A stretch of DNA of 64,000 bases. It comes from Candidatus Bathyarchaeota archaeon. GTDB lineage: Archaea; Thermoproteota; Bathyarchaeia; Bathyarchaeales; Bathycorpusculaceae. Both the position numbers and the translations under genes were made by a program. The notes beneath the pieces were generated by a model. That model was given only the letters and a program-made list of their open reading frames with translations, was not told the DNA's origin and ran no database searches. This document shows positions 20,360 through 31,578 of this stretch, in pieces; within the stretch, counting starts at the first letter, position 1, and every line of letters begins with the position of its first letter. The DNA is taken from NCBI GenBank assembly GCA_963720565.1, contig CAVRFW010000005.1, forward strand, positions 96,001 through 160,000, given 5' to 3'.

Positions 20360-21814
20360 CTATTCCGTGTGTACCCTGAACAGGTCGATGTCTTCTCGCA
20401 TGCTTGGTGTCAGTTCCAGGAAGTCTCTGACGGCACGTTCAATATCTTTTGACTGCGTTACGTATCTTCCGACAATAAGTATGTCTGCCCCTAGTTCTAA
20501 GGCTTCCTTTGCTGTTTCCGGAACTATTCCACCAGCAACAGCAATCAGGAATTTCTTGTTTGGAAAAGCTTGACGAATAAGGCGTATGCGTTCCAGCCCA
20601 CATGTTCTTCCACTTTCCTGGTCTATGCCCCTGTGAAGAATAACTATGTCTGGAAAGTTTTTGAGCGATTGGAGTTTTCCAAGAACGTCTTCGACATTAA
20701 GCATGTCTACTACAGCATATATTCCGAGCCTCTTTGCCTCATGGACGAATGCGTCAAGTGTTTCTGGCGGGGCTAGTCCTGCAGCAACCACTGCGTCAGC
20801 TGTATCTTCGTAGGCTATGTCAGCCTCTACTTTTCCGACATCCAGGGTCTTCAAGTCAGCAACCATGAAACTGTCTTTGGCTACTTGCCTCAATTCACTT
20901 ATGACCCTTGTGCCATAACGCTTTATCAAAGGTGTTCCAACTTCAATAATTATCCTGTCGCTTCCAGGAAGCTGTGTGAGGATCTTCTTAGTTCTATCAA
21001 GATCTGGCGCGTCAAGCGAAATCTGCAGATAAGGCGGTCTCCATAGACGCGGAACCTTGAACCCCATTATCGGATGCTTTGCCCTGTCCTTATCATAGTT
21101 AATCTTCTCAATTGATGGATACTGTTTCAATGCTCTTTGCAAAGCCATTTTTGTAGCACCGTAGTTGTACTGGTATATTTTGCGAAAGTCAGTTGCCTGT
21201 GGATGGATAAAAACACTGCAGATTATCACCCAATCATCAACTTTTTCAATAGGAATAACTCCTTCTTCCACGGAGTCAGCAACAGCTTTTGCAACAGCAG
21301 CCTGCGCCGGTCCAAATATCTTCCCTGTATCTTCCATGTTCTTGACAGTAACTTTCGGCACTAGCAAAGTGTGTGGCTTCGGCGGAAGGTTGGGACGTAT
21401 AACCGCCAGCAAAGGAGTGTGTCCTGCTGAAAGATTCGACAACCCATTGGCGAATGCTTTGCCAACTGGTCCATCCTTATCACCCATCAAGAGGTCAATG
21501 TGTGCAACTTCATTGCCTTCTCCGACAAGAGCTTCACCAATCAAAAAAGTACTTTGGGAATTTACGGCATCCTGAGTTAACTTGAGTGTCGGTATGTCGT
21601 CCAGAACTTCCTTAAAATCGACATCAAATTCCCTCAGCCACGTATGAAGAGTGTCTCTGTGTACGTTAAGCACTTTTGCGGTTCCAGATATTGTCGGTTT
21701 AGATAGTTTAGTTTTCTGGAAAGGCTTATAATCTATTTCTTTCTTGGCAGCTTCCTCCAAAATCCTGACAAGTTCTTCGCGTGTCTCAGGTTTCTTCGTG
21801 TTTGTATCCGACAT
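20360..21814 (-). CDS. fae-hps: Bifunctional formaldehyde-activating enzyme / 3-hexulose-6-phosphate synthase with extra N-terminal HTH-like domain
   Basis: Fae motifs [39 protein letters not shown] motifs [27 protein letters not shown]. Confidence 0.93.
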   Translation of the reverse strand: MSDTNTKKPETREELVRILEEAAKKEIDYKPFQKTKLSKPTISGTAKVLNVHRDTLHTWLREFDVDFKEVLDDIPTLKLTQDAVNSQSTFLIGEALVGEGNEVAHIDLLMGDKDGPVGKAFANGLSNLSAGHTPLLAVIRPNLPPKPHTLLVPKVTVKNMEDTGKIFGPAQAAVAKAVADSVEEGVIPIEKVDDWVIICSVFIHPQATDFRKIYQYNYGATKMALQRALKQYPSIEKINYDKDRAKHPIMGFKVPRLWRPPYLQISLDAPDLDRTKKILTQLPGSDRIIIEVGTPLIKRYGTRVISELRQVAKDSFMVADLKTLDVGKVEADIAYEDTADAVVAAGLAPPETLDAFVHEAKRLGIYAVVDMLNVEDVLGKLQSLKNFPDIVILHRGIDQESGRTCGLERIRLIRQAFPNKKFLIAVAGGIVPETAKEALELGADILIVGRYVTQSKDIERAVRDFLELTPSMREDIDLFRVHTE

Positions 21815-21869
21815 TTTGTTGCCTCTGCGTTCTCTCTGTGGTATCTTATATATAAAAGTGTCGGATACA
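21803..21869. promoter_or_regulatory. fae-hps promoter: TATA box flanked by an 11-bp inverted repeat
   Basis: TGTATCCGACA at 21803-21813 and TGTCGGATACA at 21859-21869; minus-strand TTTTATATAT at ~21848-21857. Confidence 0.6.
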
Positions 21870-22051
21870 GCGAGTTGATTAATAGGTTGTCTTTTAAAGT
21901 GTGACGATAATGTCGGCATTCGATCCAATTATCCAAACAGCGAGCGCGCCAAAGTCATCATCATGCTTGCGTTTTTGCAGGTTTCTACAGGTAACTCTAT
22001 ATATTCTATGCGCGTAGTGAATTCCATCGTCTTCCGACTTGAGGCTCTTCA

Positions 22052-22243
22052 ATGACTTGGATTGACTGGTTATGTTTAGGCATCGTAGCTTTAGGCGTCG
22101 TTTTTTTTCTCTACGGAGCGAACTACTATGATGCAATGATTGGCTGGGCGGGCGTATTTCTTTTCATTGCAGGGGCAGTTTCTTTTCTTGCATTTTCCAT
22201 TTATCGTGAGTTGATAAAGAGAACCCAAGCCCAGAACCTATAG
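22052..22243 (+). CDS. Small 2-TM membrane protein
   Basis: 63 aa with two hydrophobic helices. Confidence 0.65.
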   Translation: MTWIDWLCLGIVALGVVFFLYGANYYDAMIGWAGVFLFIAGAVSFLAFSIYRELIKRTQAQNL

Positions 22244-23767
22244 AGAGCACTGTATTTCTCCTGTAAGTAGTGAAGGTATGGTTTGGCGTCCAAGTTTTTC
22301 CCTGTTATTTTCCTGAGCATATCAGCCGTATCATAAAGCTTTCCATAACTGTAGACGTTCGAAGTGAGCCATTCACGCAGATTCTTCAAGCTGCCTTGCT
22401 CCAATTGACTGCGCCAGTTTGGCATATCTTTTGTCAGCTGATTAACTATCTGCCCGCTATAGATGTTCCCTAACGCATACGAGGGGAAATATCCATACAT
22501 TCCGCTTGGCCAATGTGTGTCTTGCATTACTCCTTCGCTGTCATGCAGAATTTTTACTCCCAGGTATTCCTCGTACTTCTGATTCCAGATTACGGGAAGC
22601 TCGTCAACATTGGTTTTCCCATTGAAGAGGTCTTTTTCAATCTGGAAACGCACAACTATATGCAAGTTATAGGTTACTTCGTCAGCTTCAATGCGAATTT
22701 TGGAAGGCTCAACCTCATTTATAGCAAATAGAAAATCGTCTAAACCCACGTTTGAAAGAGCCGGAGCCGTGATTTGCTTTAGTTTCGGCAGATAACATTT
22801 CCAGAATTCTCGCGAACGACCAATGATGTTTTCGCAGAGCCGTGATTGTGACTCGTGAAAGCCCATGGAGCAGTTTGTACCTATTGGCTGATATTTCCAA
22901 TGTTGAGGCAAGTTTTGCTCGTATAGGGCATGTCCCGTTTCGTGAAGTACTGAGAATATTGAGGAAGTGAAATCCTCTGGGTAGTAGTGTGTGGTTATGC
23001 GCACATCATCATAGTATCCTGTGGTGAAAGGGTGCTCAGTCTCGTCAATCCTTCCGCCCGACTTAGGAGTAGTAGTATCATAGCCTAATATCTGACTAAG
23101 AGTTATGGCGATTTTCCGTTGAGCTTCTATTGGAATATTTGTTTTGAGTATTGCACTCTTTGACGTTGTTGACGCGCTTTGGATTTTCGCCAACAGTTTC
23201 CTGAGTCCTGCCTGGAGTGGAGTAAAAATTTTATCTATGGCGTCTGTGGTCATTTTCGGCTCATAAATATCTATCAAGGCATCATAGGGCGTATGAGTAT
23301 TCTTGACTTTCATCAAGATATCCGCTGCCTGGCGATTCAGATTCAGGAGCTTCTCCAGATCGACTTTTAGCATGGAGAAGGAACGCGCAGCTTTTGCCTT
23401 TTTCCAAGTGTTAACTGTTATTGCCTGCTGCTTAGCGGTCTCTGCAACAAGTTTCTCGGGCAATGCTATTTGCTCATCATAATTTTTCTGGGTTAGTTGA
23501 ACGTTGCGTTTCTCCACATCACTTAGTGCACCGTATTGTGAGCTTCCGGTTATTTCATGAAGAAGTCTCCCAATTTCTGGATCAGTAGTTCATCTTATGG
23601 CTAATAATACTGAGCAATGAGAGCTGTTCGCTGCGCAAGTTCACAGCTTTTGGCGGCATCATTGTTTCCATATCCCAGTGGACTATTGCTTCGGTGGAAC
23701 CAAGAACAGCAAGATCCTTAGCCCGGCTCATGAGCCGTTTGTAATCGGAATGGATACTTCCAGTCAT
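22201..23767 (-). CDS. Carboxypeptidase M32 (Taq-type), split by a frameshift at ~23588
   Basis: WDMETMMP, HPF, DVRITT, HETGH, HESQS, IRIEAD, QDTHW, GYFPSYALG. Removing one base joins the two ORFs (HKMNTDPEIG). Confidence 0.93.
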
Positions 23768-23957
23768 TCTTCATCTCTTCTGATGCTTCACATTTACCCC
23801 TCATTTATATAATGTTTTGCAGAGTCATACCCCGTGTATTCGAGACAATCGCCACAGAGCATTCAACGCTTACGGTTCGGAATCTTCTCAGAACGACAGA
23901 CAACCTTTAGGGAATAGGTTTTAAAAGAAATGCTTGAAGAACATGGGAAGCATAGGT

Positions 23958-24572
23958 TCAGACTTTTGCTTCTATCAGAACAATTGTTTCAAAAAACGGC
24001 AAGGCACGTTCTGACAATACTCTTGCGTGTAAACAACGTTCTGAGAAGCGCTCTATTGTCTCTTCAACACCGGTGAGGGTCGACTGCATCAAAAGGATCC
24101 GGCCAGACTGCTTCAAGTATTTGGGCGCTTCGAGAATGAAACGGTCAATTATTTTTCGGCCTGTTGGACCACCTGCCCACGCGCGACTCAGCCAAGAGTT
24201 TGCTTCACTTTCATCAACAGGCAAGTAAGGTGAATTGAAGATTATCAGATCAAACTTTGATGTCTCGCTTAAGGCATTGAACAAGTCACCCTGCAGAAAG
24301 GAAATCTTGCCACGCACTTTGTTGAGAATCGCGTTTGCCATTGCACATCGCACGGCGTATGGGTTCACGTCACTTGCTACAACAGTACCTGCCTCTTTTG
24401 CGGCAACCACACTGAGCAGCCCACAACCAGTGCCTATTTCCAAAACCTGTTCCCCAGCTTCTACGGCGAGGTTTTCGGCGAAGAAGAACGAATCCTCAGC
24501 AGGGTCGTATACATTTTCATCAACGAAAAATGCGTAGTTTCCGAAGTAAACGCGTTTATTTTGCGAGTGCAT
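23958..24572 (-). CDS. HemK2/PrmC-like SAM-dependent methyltransferase
   Basis: VYDPAEDS, LEIGTGCG, FNSPYLP, WAGG. Confidence 0.92.
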   Translation of the reverse strand: MHSQNKRVYFGNYAFFVDENVYDPAEDSFFFAENLAVEAGEQVLEIGTGCGLLSVVAAKEAGTVVASDVNPYAVRCAMANAILNKVRGKISFLQGDLFNALSETSKFDLIIFNSPYLPVDESEANSWLSRAWAGGPTGRKIIDRFILEAPKYLKQSGRILLMQSTLTGVEETIERFSERCLHARVLSERALPFFETIVLIEAKV

Positions 24573-25374
24573 TTGCTAACTCTCCGAAGTCCCTTGGTGA
24601 TAACGTTCTCACGCGCTTATCTCTGAACGCAATAGAAGCAGCTATTCTCTCAGCTTCATCCCTTGTCACTTTATGCATAGTTTTAATAAAGGGCACAATG
24701 GCATTGCAGAGTTTCTTGTTGCGCTGTGTGAAGAGCCATCGAACCATTCGCAGAAAAAGCGTCTTGTCATTGACTGTGAATGGTGCCTGAATCCAAGGAG
24801 TAAGTCGGATGATAACTGAGTCTACCTCTGGTTGAGGAAAGAAGGAGTGTTTTGGCACAGCATCCAAAAGCTCAACTCTTAGACTGTGATAAGCTGCCAC
24901 CGTCAACCAACTGTAGGATTCACTGCCTACCGCTGCAACAAGGCGATCAGCGAACTCCTGCTGAAGAACCCATACCGCGCAATCAACCTTCCGAGTTAGA
25001 AGCCACACAACAAGGCGAGAGGACAAATAGTAGGGCGGGATTGCCACAACCTTGTTGAAGGCAGGCAAGTCGGCCTTTAATGCATCGCCTAAGATCACAG
25101 TCACGTTGTTAGAGTGTCGGAATCGTTCGTGCAGCACATCTGCAACCCGCGAATCCTTCTCCACTGCCAACACGACGCCGCTACTCTCCGAGAGAAAATC
25201 AGTCAGGAAACCAAAACCTGCACCGACCTCTAGCACCGCATCCTTCTTTGACAGATTTGCGTATTGAACAAGTTTGGTGAAAACCGAGGGTTCAACCGTG
25301 AAATTTTGCCCCAACAGCCTGTTCGGAACAATTCGACGAGTTCGAAGAAGGGTCTTCGTTTCTCTAATGCTCAT
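24556..25374 (-). CDS. ksgA: 16S rRNA adenine dimethyltransferase KsgA/Dim1
   Basis: LGQNF, LEVGAGFG, VEKD, IPPY, FFPQPEVDS. Confidence 0.94.
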   Translation of the reverse strand: MSIRETKTLLRTRRIVPNRLLGQNFTVEPSVFTKLVQYANLSKKDAVLEVGAGFGFLTDFLSESSGVVLAVEKDSRVADVLHERFRHSNNVTVILGDALKADLPAFNKVVAIPPYYLSSRLVVWLLTRKVDCAVWVLQQEFADRLVAAVGSESYSWLTVAAYHSLRVELLDAVPKHSFFPQPEVDSVIIRLTPWIQAPFTVNDKTLFLRMVRWLFTQRNKKLCNAIVPFIKTMHKVTRDEAERIAASIAFRDKRVRTLSPRDFGELANALAK

Positions 25375-25384
25375 CGTTTTTGCC

Positions 25385-25951
25385 CTATTGAGCGCGTGTG
25401 AACAATCGATACTTGCTGTCGCCCTCAAGTTCTTCCATGACGCGTTTGGTAATCAGCTTCACAGGACTAGGCAGTTCGGTCCGTTTCTGCAGATCGTCAA
25501 AGCTCAGGAAGGGTTTCCGTTCACGCTCATTAATTACTTGCCACATATACTTTTTCCCAATTCCCGGCACCAGTTCAAGAGCGTGCATACGCGGGGTTAT
25601 AGCCCTTGTTGTGTTGAAAAAGTTGACAAACCATTTTTCACGATTCAGAACTATTCGGTTTATCGCGCTTGGAAGCTCAGCTTTTGCCGCAGCTGTCAAC
25701 TCTTCAAAACCTATGCGACCGATTATGTACGTGACCTCTTCGCGGGCATCTTTTCCAACGTAAACGTGGTCATTGGGCTTGAGAATTAAGCCTTCCTTTA
25801 CTAATGCCTCCAACAGGGTGAAAAACTCTTCACCGATGCATTGGATTAGAGCTCCCGCTCGGTAGCCGGCTCTTCCAGTGGGATGAAACCCTGGCCGACC
25901 GTGCTGCAAAAAGTCTAACACGTAGGCGTACTCTTCGTACCGCTTTTCCAT
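25385..25951 (-). CDS. DUF655 family (putative RNA-binding) protein
   Basis: EEYAYVLDFL, FTLLE, RMHALELVPGIGKK; usual rpoF-DUF655-ksgA context. Confidence 0.92.
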   Translation of the reverse strand: MEKRYEEYAYVLDFLQHGRPGFHPTGRAGYRAGALIQCIGEEFFTLLEALVKEGLILKPNDHVYVGKDAREEVTYIIGRIGFEELTAAAKAELPSAINRIVLNREKWFVNFFNTTRAITPRMHALELVPGIGKKYMWQVINERERKPFLSFDDLQKRTELPSPVKLITKRVMEELEGDSKYRLFTRAQ

Positions 25952-26016
25952 GATAGTCCCTAAGCTCCCTTACTCTATAGCCCAGTACTGCTTAAAAATA
26001 CTTTAGCCGAATTCCG

Positions 26017-26355
26017 CTACTTCAGCGTTCTATTTTCGTTTAGAAGAGTCACTATGGCTTCCAACTTGGTGGTTTCGATGATTTTACGACCGCCGACTAG
26101 AAAAACGCGCAGTTCATCAACGGTCTCAGGCATACAATTGATAACCTGAACAGCTTCGAACTCGTCTAGGCCAAACTCTTTCACCAGTTTCCCCTGAATT
26201 TCTTCGACTTTGTCTGCATCCAACTTTGAAAACTTACTCACGTAATCCAGTGTGCGCCGCTGAAATTGATCCAGATTTTCTTCCCCAACGCTCTCGAGCA
26301 CTTTCTTAACCTGAGGCAACGTAAGCTTGCTTTCGCCCAACTCTCTTTTGCTCAT
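26017..26355 (-). CDS. rpoF: RNA polymerase subunit Rpo4 (F)
   Basis: QRRTLDYVSKFSK, INCMPETVDELR; directly after eL21. Confidence 0.9.
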   Translation of the reverse strand: MSKRELGESKLTLPQVKKVLESVGEENLDQFQRRTLDYVSKFSKLDADKVEEIQGKLVKEFGLDEFEAVQVINCMPETVDELRVFLVGGRKIIETTKLEAIVTLLNENRTLK

Positions 26356-26359
26356 ATGC

Positions 26360-26656
26360 TCAACTACCTGTATACTGTTCCAAGTGTTCAGGTCGAACAA
26401 TTATCTGCTTGATTGCGTCTCCTTGAGGTACATTTACTACGTATGCCCTACCGCGACGTTCCACTACTGTTCCAATCTTGCCATGAAAGCGTTTATGAGG
26501 CAGAGTCTTCTGTTCGCTAGAATCCAGTTTTATGATTACCTGAGAACCTGGCGCGTGCTGAATTAACAATCTGCCAAGCTGAGGTTTACCTTTTTCTCTA
26601 GCAGGCTTAGTCAGTAGCTGACGAGCCCCACCGTGATATCCTTTTGAACCTCTCAT
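26360..26656 (-). CDS. rpl21e: 50S ribosomal protein eL21
   Basis: PHKRFHGKIGTV, IIVRPEHL. Confidence 0.93.
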   Translation of the reverse strand: MRGSKGYHGGARQLLTKPAREKGKPQLGRLLIQHAPGSQVIIKLDSSEQKTLPHKRFHGKIGTVVERRGRAYVVNVPQGDAIKQIIVRPEHLEQYTGS

Positions 26657-26673
26657 CCACAAATTCACCTTTT

Positions 26674-28009
26674 CTATTCATCCAATTTAACGTTCAAAAC
26701 GTCAAGCTTAAGAGGCTTCGCTCTGTTTCCAAGCAAATCCGAAACATTTGGCATAGTTCTTCCCTCGTCACCGGACATCAGCTCCTTTACATAGAGACCT
26801 CCCTGGCAACGAATTTCCAGCTCAGCTCTCTTAGACGACACCTTCTTAACTTTGACCTTATATATGTACCTTTCTCGGATCAAATCCGCCCTGCGATGCA
26901 AAACTCGCAGAGGCGTCTGCTGCTTTACCGAGGCACCTGTGAGTTTTTCCTCCAATAGAAGCAAATTCTCTGCGGACACTGGATGTTCAAACTCAACCAG
27001 CATGCGGTACTCTTTCTGCGCAGATTCCCCCTTCTTCAACCGCCGAACGACGTCCTTATTCGTGAATCGAAGTTTCGACACTTTCACCTTGCCCTTGGCA
27101 CCATCGTTGACTTCAGCCTCAAGCTTCTTTAAATCCAAAAGTCTCTTTCTAGGTTTTGATATTTCAAGCACAAAAGGTCTGCCGGTCCCCAGCATACGAG
27201 CATCGATGTCTTCGCGTCCAGAAGCATGAAAAGCTGTTTTTTCTCCTGCAGCAGCAACCAGCAAAGGCTTTGAAACCAGTTCCTCAACTGACTCAGAGTA
27301 CAATTTGCCACTCCAATTACACTTTACGCAACCTTTTCCGCGACAGCCTGAGCAGAACCACTTTGACTGCGGTATATCCCTTGACTAGCTTCCTATATCG
27401 CCCCCTAACAAAGAGCGGATTAACCTGAACTCGAATCTGCCCAACAAAGGGGTTAATCACCACAACAACTTCAGGCTTCTTGTATTCCACTTCTTTGTTA
27501 GCCCGTTCAGCGATGGTCTTTCCAAGCAATCGTCCGAACTCGTGGCGTATGCTCTCGCCGTAAGCGACTTCAAACGCGGCTTTGAACTCATCCTCACGCT
27601 CTTCCACCGTTACGGGCAATTCAATACCGACAAGAAAAGTGCTGTATTCGTAACTTTCAACCGCCACCAAGGCTTGCTCAACTAAACTTTCAACCAACTT
27701 GAACTTGTCCTCACAAAGAAAACACGTCACAGGATTGCTCTTTCTAATAATCCGCTTCCGCAAGTGCTCGAGAGTACTTTGAGCCTCGCGACAAAAACCG
27801 TTAACCGCAAGAACCCCGAGTTTTTTTACACCTTCGCTTTCTTTTGATGTAAAGAGTGCGTTAGCGTGAAGGGTTAAAGCCAGTTTCAGTGCTTTACCTC
27901 TGGAGTCGTTTTCTATGCCATAACCAAGCAACGCGAATTGCCTTCCGAGGCAATGGTCACAGAGAGGTCGCTTCTCGAGCATTGTCAACGCTTTTTCTAG
28001 AACATCCAT
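26674..28009 (-). CDS. pus10: tRNA pseudouridine(54/55) synthase Pus10, split by a frameshift at ~27381
   Basis: LCDHCLGRQF, GRYRKL, FHASGREDIDARMLG, QQTPLRVLHRR, GGLYVKEL. Removing one base gives KLVRDIPQSKWFC. Confidence 0.94.
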
Positions 28010-28018
28010 AAAGAGAGC

Positions 28019-29353
28019 CTACTTGAACTCTGAGGGAAAACCTTTACCCATGAAAGGCAATCTCTTCTTCCGCTTGAACATTTTCATCATCTTACGCATC
28101 ATTACGTACTGCTTTAGAAGCTCTTTCACTTCCTTATCGCTTGTTCCTGAACCCCTTGCCACACGTCTAATTCTTGAGGAGTTTAAGATTTTCGGATTTT
28201 CTTTTTCCTCGAACCTCATGGACTGAATTATGACACGCCACTTTTCCAAACGCCCCTCAGCCGTGTTAAGCATCTCATCAGGCACGTCGTAAGACATTCC
28301 CGGGAGCATCTTGAAAATCTTCTTGATCGGACCCATACCCTTTACTGCCTCAAACTGTTCATACATGTCCGTCAAAGTGAACTTTCCACTGAGTATAGCC
28401 TTCGCTTTCTTCTCTGGAACTTTTATTTCGGCATCATGGACTTTTTCAAGAAGCGTTTCCAAATCGCCCATGCCCAGAAGGCGTCCAACAAAGCGAGATG
28501 GAATGAATGGCTCGATATCTTCGATCTTTTCGCCTGTGCCAATGAACTTTATCGGTGCCCCTGTGGCTGCAACTGCTGAGAGAGCACCTCCTCCTCGTGC
28601 TGAACCGTCAAGTTTTGTGACGATAATTGCGCCTATGGGAGTGGCTTCATGGAAGGCTTTGGCTTGAATTAAAGCTTGCTGACCGATTGTTCCGTCAATA
28701 ACCATAATAACCTCGTCAGGCTTGACGTGCCTCTCAAGGTTCTTCATTTCTCTAATGAGTTCTTGTTCCTCTTTATGGCGCCCGGCAGTATCCACAATCA
28801 CAAAATCCTTGTCGCTAAAATGCTTCAATCCATCATTTACGACTTTGACAGGATCCTTGGCTTTGGAATCACCAAACACTGGAACGTTTATTCGGGTTGC
28901 CAACTGCTGGAGCTGAGCGAACGCCCCTGGACGGTAGGTGTCCGCACAAATCAGTGCTGGTTTTAGTCCCCTTTTTTGGAAGTATCTAGCGAGCTTAGCC
29001 GCGTGAGTAGTTTTTCCAGAACCTTGAATTCCGACCAGCATTATTATCTTCTTTCTTCCGGGTTCCATCTTGATCGGAACTGGTTTATCTCCAACGAATC
29101 GAGTTAGTTCCTCATAAACGACCTTGATGACGTGTTCACGCCTGGATATTCCTGGCGGCACTTTTTCCTTCAATGCTCTTTCTTCTATTTGCTTGGATAT
29201 TGCGAGAACGAGTTGAACATTAACGTCTGCTTGGAGAAGAGCCCTTTGTAGGTCTCGGACAAGTTCCTTAACAGTAGCCTCATCCACAACTGAAGCTCTG
29301 AATACTTTTTTCAAAGCTTCATAGAGGGACGAACCCAAGCGATCTATTGCCAT
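28019..29353 (-). CDS. srp54: Signal recognition particle protein SRP54
   Basis: GIQGSGKTT, DTAGRH, TKLDGSARGGG, Met-rich M domain. Confidence 0.97.
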   Translation of the reverse strand: MAIDRLGSSLYEALKKVFRASVVDEATVKELVRDLQRALLQADVNVQLVLAISKQIEERALKEKVPPGISRREHVIKVVYEELTRFVGDKPVPIKMEPGRKKIIMLVGIQGSGKTTHAAKLARYFQKRGLKPALICADTYRPGAFAQLQQLATRINVPVFGDSKAKDPVKVVNDGLKHFSDKDFVIVDTAGRHKEEQELIREMKNLERHVKPDEVIMVIDGTIGQQALIQAKAFHEATPIGAIIVTKLDGSARGGGALSAVAATGAPIKFIGTGEKIEDIEPFIPSRFVGRLLGMGDLETLLEKVHDAEIKVPEKKAKAILSGKFTLTDMYEQFEAVKGMGPIKKIFKMLPGMSYDVPDEMLNTAEGRLEKWRVIIQSMRFEEKENPKILNSSRIRRVARGSGTSDKEVKELLKQYVMMRKMMKMFKRKKRLPFMGKGFPSEFK

Positions 29354-29628
29354 CTGCGTCTCCAGCCCTTAAGAAAGTTCAAGCGCCTTTTAAATATATA
29401 TTTCAAGTGAACCGTGAATCCCCGAGGATTCTGCAGGAATACTGCCTTTAGAAGGCTCTAAAATTAAGGATCAGATTATTGCCAAATAGAGTAATCTCAG
29501 GAAGCCTCAGTCCCCAATTAGATATCGTCACAATTCAGACGGCTCTTCATGCATCATCGGCTTCTGGGTAAGATGTGAAAAACAAGAAGATAAACTTTGA
29601 CAAAAAGGCAAAGCAGGATGTGCAGGAA

Positions 29629-30021
29629 CTACTTTGCCCGGACAATTTTGATTCTATCAAGTATCTTCCAATACTCAATCTCTGCGCCTGGAATAAGTTT
29701 GGCCTTTAAGTCCTCTTCTTCTGGGAAGGGAGCATCTATATACTCGTACGTTTCCAAGTCCATGATCTGAACCCCAGTTGGGTTAACCGCAAAAACTTGT
29801 CCAGGTCTCTTGTTAATTATGGGAATTTCGGCGTTACTGTCTACGGGCTTAACGAATTGCCTCTTTTGGCCATCGAACACGCCTATAGCAACGATTCTCG
29901 CCTTGGCGGCTCCATGCTTTCCAGGTTTTGATTTAGCTATGTCCACTATATGGCAAGGTTGGTTATCGATGAGCATGTAGCCTCCAACACGTAAGCTTCC
30001 AACGTCAACTGGTCTGCTCAT
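29629..30021 (-). CDS. eif5a: Translation factor aIF-5A
   Basis: Hypusine loop SKPGKHGAAK. Confidence 0.96.
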   Translation of the reverse strand: MSRPVDVGSLRVGGYMLIDNQPCHIVDIAKSKPGKHGAAKARIVAIGVFDGQKRQFVKPVDSNAEIPIINKRPGQVFAVNPTGVQIMDLETYEYIDAPFPEEEDLKAKLIPGAEIEYWKILDRIKIVRAK

Positions 30022-30104
30022 ATCTTCACCAATTTTAGACTCTAATCAAAGCAATTCACAACAACATGCATATATAGATTAAGGTAACGGTAATAAGCTG
30101 AGCT

Positions 30105-30953
30105 GTGGAAAAAGTGTTCAAAAGCGTGGGAATTGTCGCTCGTTACGATAGAAAACAAGCGATAAAGCTCGCGGAAGACCTTGGAAAGTACCTTAGCAGG
30201 AAGGGGTTAGAAGTCTATATTGAAGACACGCTTGCGGGAAAAATGAACACTGAAGAGAAACTGGTTCCGCTCGCCAACATGAAAACTGATTTCATAATTT
30301 CAATCGGCGGAGACGGCACTATTCTGCGAACCTGTATCACAGTACCCAAACCTGAACCGCCAATACTGTCCATTAACATGGGTGTTAGGGGATTCCTCAC
30401 AGAGGTGGAACCAAATGACGCTTTTAAGGCAACAGAAAAATGCCTAAAGGGCGAGTACGAAATAGAGAAATGCACCAAACTCGCAGTCTCCGCAGACGAG
30501 GCAATATTACCTGACGCCCTTAACGATGTTGTCATTTCAGCAGGAGAACCTTCAAAGATACTGTATGCGCAGATATTCAAAAACGGTAAGCCAATTCTCA
30601 AGTGTCAAGCAGACGGCCTCATAGTTTCTACTCAGACGGGCTCTACGGGCTATTCACTATCGGCAGGGGGTCCAGTTCTCGATCAGGAAGTGGACGCGTT
30701 TGTCCTGACCCCCATCTGCTCCTTAACAGTCTTCCGTTCGTTAGTGTTCCCAGCAGATTCCGAAGTCACAATAAAAACGAGCAGACCAAAGAAAATGCTC
30801 GTCTTAATTGACGGCAACTACAGGCAACTTGCAACTGCAAAAGAACCAACGATAACGGTCACACGGTCCAAAAATCAGACATCTTTCATCAGATTTGAAG
30901 GAGATTTCTACAATCGCCTTCGCTCCAGATTGCTGTTTAAAGGAATGGGATGA
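30105..30953 (+). CDS. nadK: NAD(+) kinase
   Basis: GGDGT, LND, DGLIVSTQTGSTGYSLSAGGP. Confidence 0.95.
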   Translation: MEKVFKSVGIVARYDRKQAIKLAEDLGKYLSRKGLEVYIEDTLAGKMNTEEKLVPLANMKTDFIISIGGDGTILRTCITVPKPEPPILSINMGVRGFLTEVEPNDAFKATEKCLKGEYEIEKCTKLAVSADEAILPDALNDVVISAGEPSKILYAQIFKNGKPILKCQADGLIVSTQTGSTGYSLSAGGPVLDQEVDAFVLTPICSLTVFRSLVFPADSEVTIKTSRPKKMLVLIDGNYRQLATAKEPTITVTRSKNQTSFIRFEGDFYNRLRSRLLFKGMG

Positions 30954-31494
30954 AGAATCCAAAAAAACACCACGAGCAAACGGATATTGGTGTTGGATAC
31001 ATCTGCTTTTCTATCAGGTTTCGACCCACTATCTGTGAATGACGATCAATTCACAGTCCCCAATGTAGAACAGGAAATAAGAACCAACACGATTACGTGG
31101 ATACGGTTTAGAACGGCTGTTGAGAGCGGGAAAATAAAAATCAGACCACCAGCCGAAAAATTCTGGAGCAAAATCAAAACCTCGGCAAACAAGGTTGGTG
31201 ACGCTTTCTTCCTGTCGGAAACAGACCTGCAACTCTTAGCTTTGGCTTTGGAGCTTAAAGAATTAGGCCTCGACCCCCTAATAATAACCGATGATTATTC
31301 CATACAAAACGTAGCCACCCAAGTGGAGATTCAATTCGCATCTCTCGTCACCTACGGAATCCGCCGCCTTCTGACTTGGATCAGATATTGTCCCGCTTGC
31401 CATAAGGAGTATGCTGCAGACTACTAGCACCACAAAGTGCACGGTATGCGACACCGATTTGAAGAGGAAGCCGCTAAAATCACGAAGAACTTGA
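30950..31494 (+). CDS. nob1: NOB1 endonuclease (PIN + Zn ribbon), apparent +1 frameshifts at ~30965 and ~31425
   Basis: VLDTSAF, LSETD, TDDYSIQNVA, CPAC; the second knuckle CTVC is in the shifted frame after 31425. Confidence 0.88.
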
Positions 31495-31578
31495 AGAATA
31501 CTCAACAATGCTCAATAATCTTCCATCTTAGATAGTGTGCGCCACTATGCACTATTCTGCCAATTAGGGGTTTCTACA

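Noticed and set aside
27300..27400. Programmed frameshifting in pus10 (and other split genes)
   Set aside because: No slippery heptamer or shared signal, and the same pattern is scattered across unrelated genes.
31425..31427. Pyrrolysine read-through at the NOB1 TAG
   Set aside because: The missing CTVC knuckle is in a different frame, so this is an indel. No pyl genes are present in the window.
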